64,000 bases of DNA. Origin: Bdellovibrionota bacterium (GTDB taxonomy: Bacteria; Bdellovibrionota_C; UBA2361; CAKMMH01). Below the pieces are notes generated by a model. It was not told where the DNA came from. It ran no database searches and saw only the letters and a program-made list of their open reading frames with translations. Below are positions 63,745 through 64,000 of the stretch, one piece after another. A program made the translations under genes and the position numbers. How positions within the stretch are numbered: position 1 is the first letter of the stretch; each line of letters starts with the position of its first letter. Where the stretch lies: positions 1 to 64,000 of the forward strand of contig JBMNLI010000012.1 of NCBI GenBank assembly GCA_050952645.1, written 5' to 3'.

Positions 63745-64000
63745 ATGAGGCATTTAAAAGCAAGAAGAAAATTTAATAGAACCCCAGCTCATAGAAGAGC
63801 GTTATTTAGAAATTTAGCAACGGCGTTATTAAAGCATGGTAGAATTGAAACTACTGTGGAAAAAGCTAAAGATCTTCGTGGCGTAGTTGAGCGTCTTATA
63901 ACTATGGCGAAAGTAGATAATTTACATAATAAAAGACAGGCTTTTAGTTATTTAGAAGAGAAAGAAATAGTAAGAAAGCTTTTCGATGAGATAGCTCCAA
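63745..64000 (+). CDS. rplQ: 50S ribosomal protein L17 (runs off the window end)
   Basis: MRHLKARRKFNRTPAHRRALFRNLA...IETTVEKAK. Confidence 0.96.
   Translation, partial: MRHLKARRKFNRTPAHRRALFRNLATALLKHGRIETTVEKAKDLRGVVERLITMAKVDNLHNKRQAFSYLEEKEIVRKLFDEIAP

Overview
AT-rich bacterial chromosomal window. The gene content (LptB, OmpA, GT9, FliG/FliS, GldA/F/G-type ABC module, RCC1- and Cys-rich surface proteins, rubrerythrin) suggests a flagellated Gram-negative anaerobe, probably Bdellovibrionota/deltaproteobacterial-like; this taxonomy is inference only. Core genes: topoisomerase IV parC-parE, gyrB, rpsT, lptB, a gapped dcw cluster (mraZ-rsmH-ftsL-ftsI-murE-mraY-ftsW, with no murF, murD or murG), mltG, glgB, tRNA-Cys and rpmJ-rpsM-rpsK-rpsD-rpoA-rplQ. 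Accessory content: an AAA+/DUF4143-type ATPase-nuclease preceded by three exact 18-bp repeats at 33-bp period; a type II R-M pair directly after gyrB; a probable flagellin-glycosylation locus; and a ~1300-aa TadE-like/Ser-rich/CC-repeat protein with a headless paralogous fragment nearby. Two families of MITE-like elements with target-site duplications occur in intergenic DNA. Other signals not in the ORF track include a shared ECF-type promoter motif and a 52-aa IF1/zeta-like peptide. Many conserved genes carry single-base indels, mostly in homopolymers, and these are probably assembly errors.
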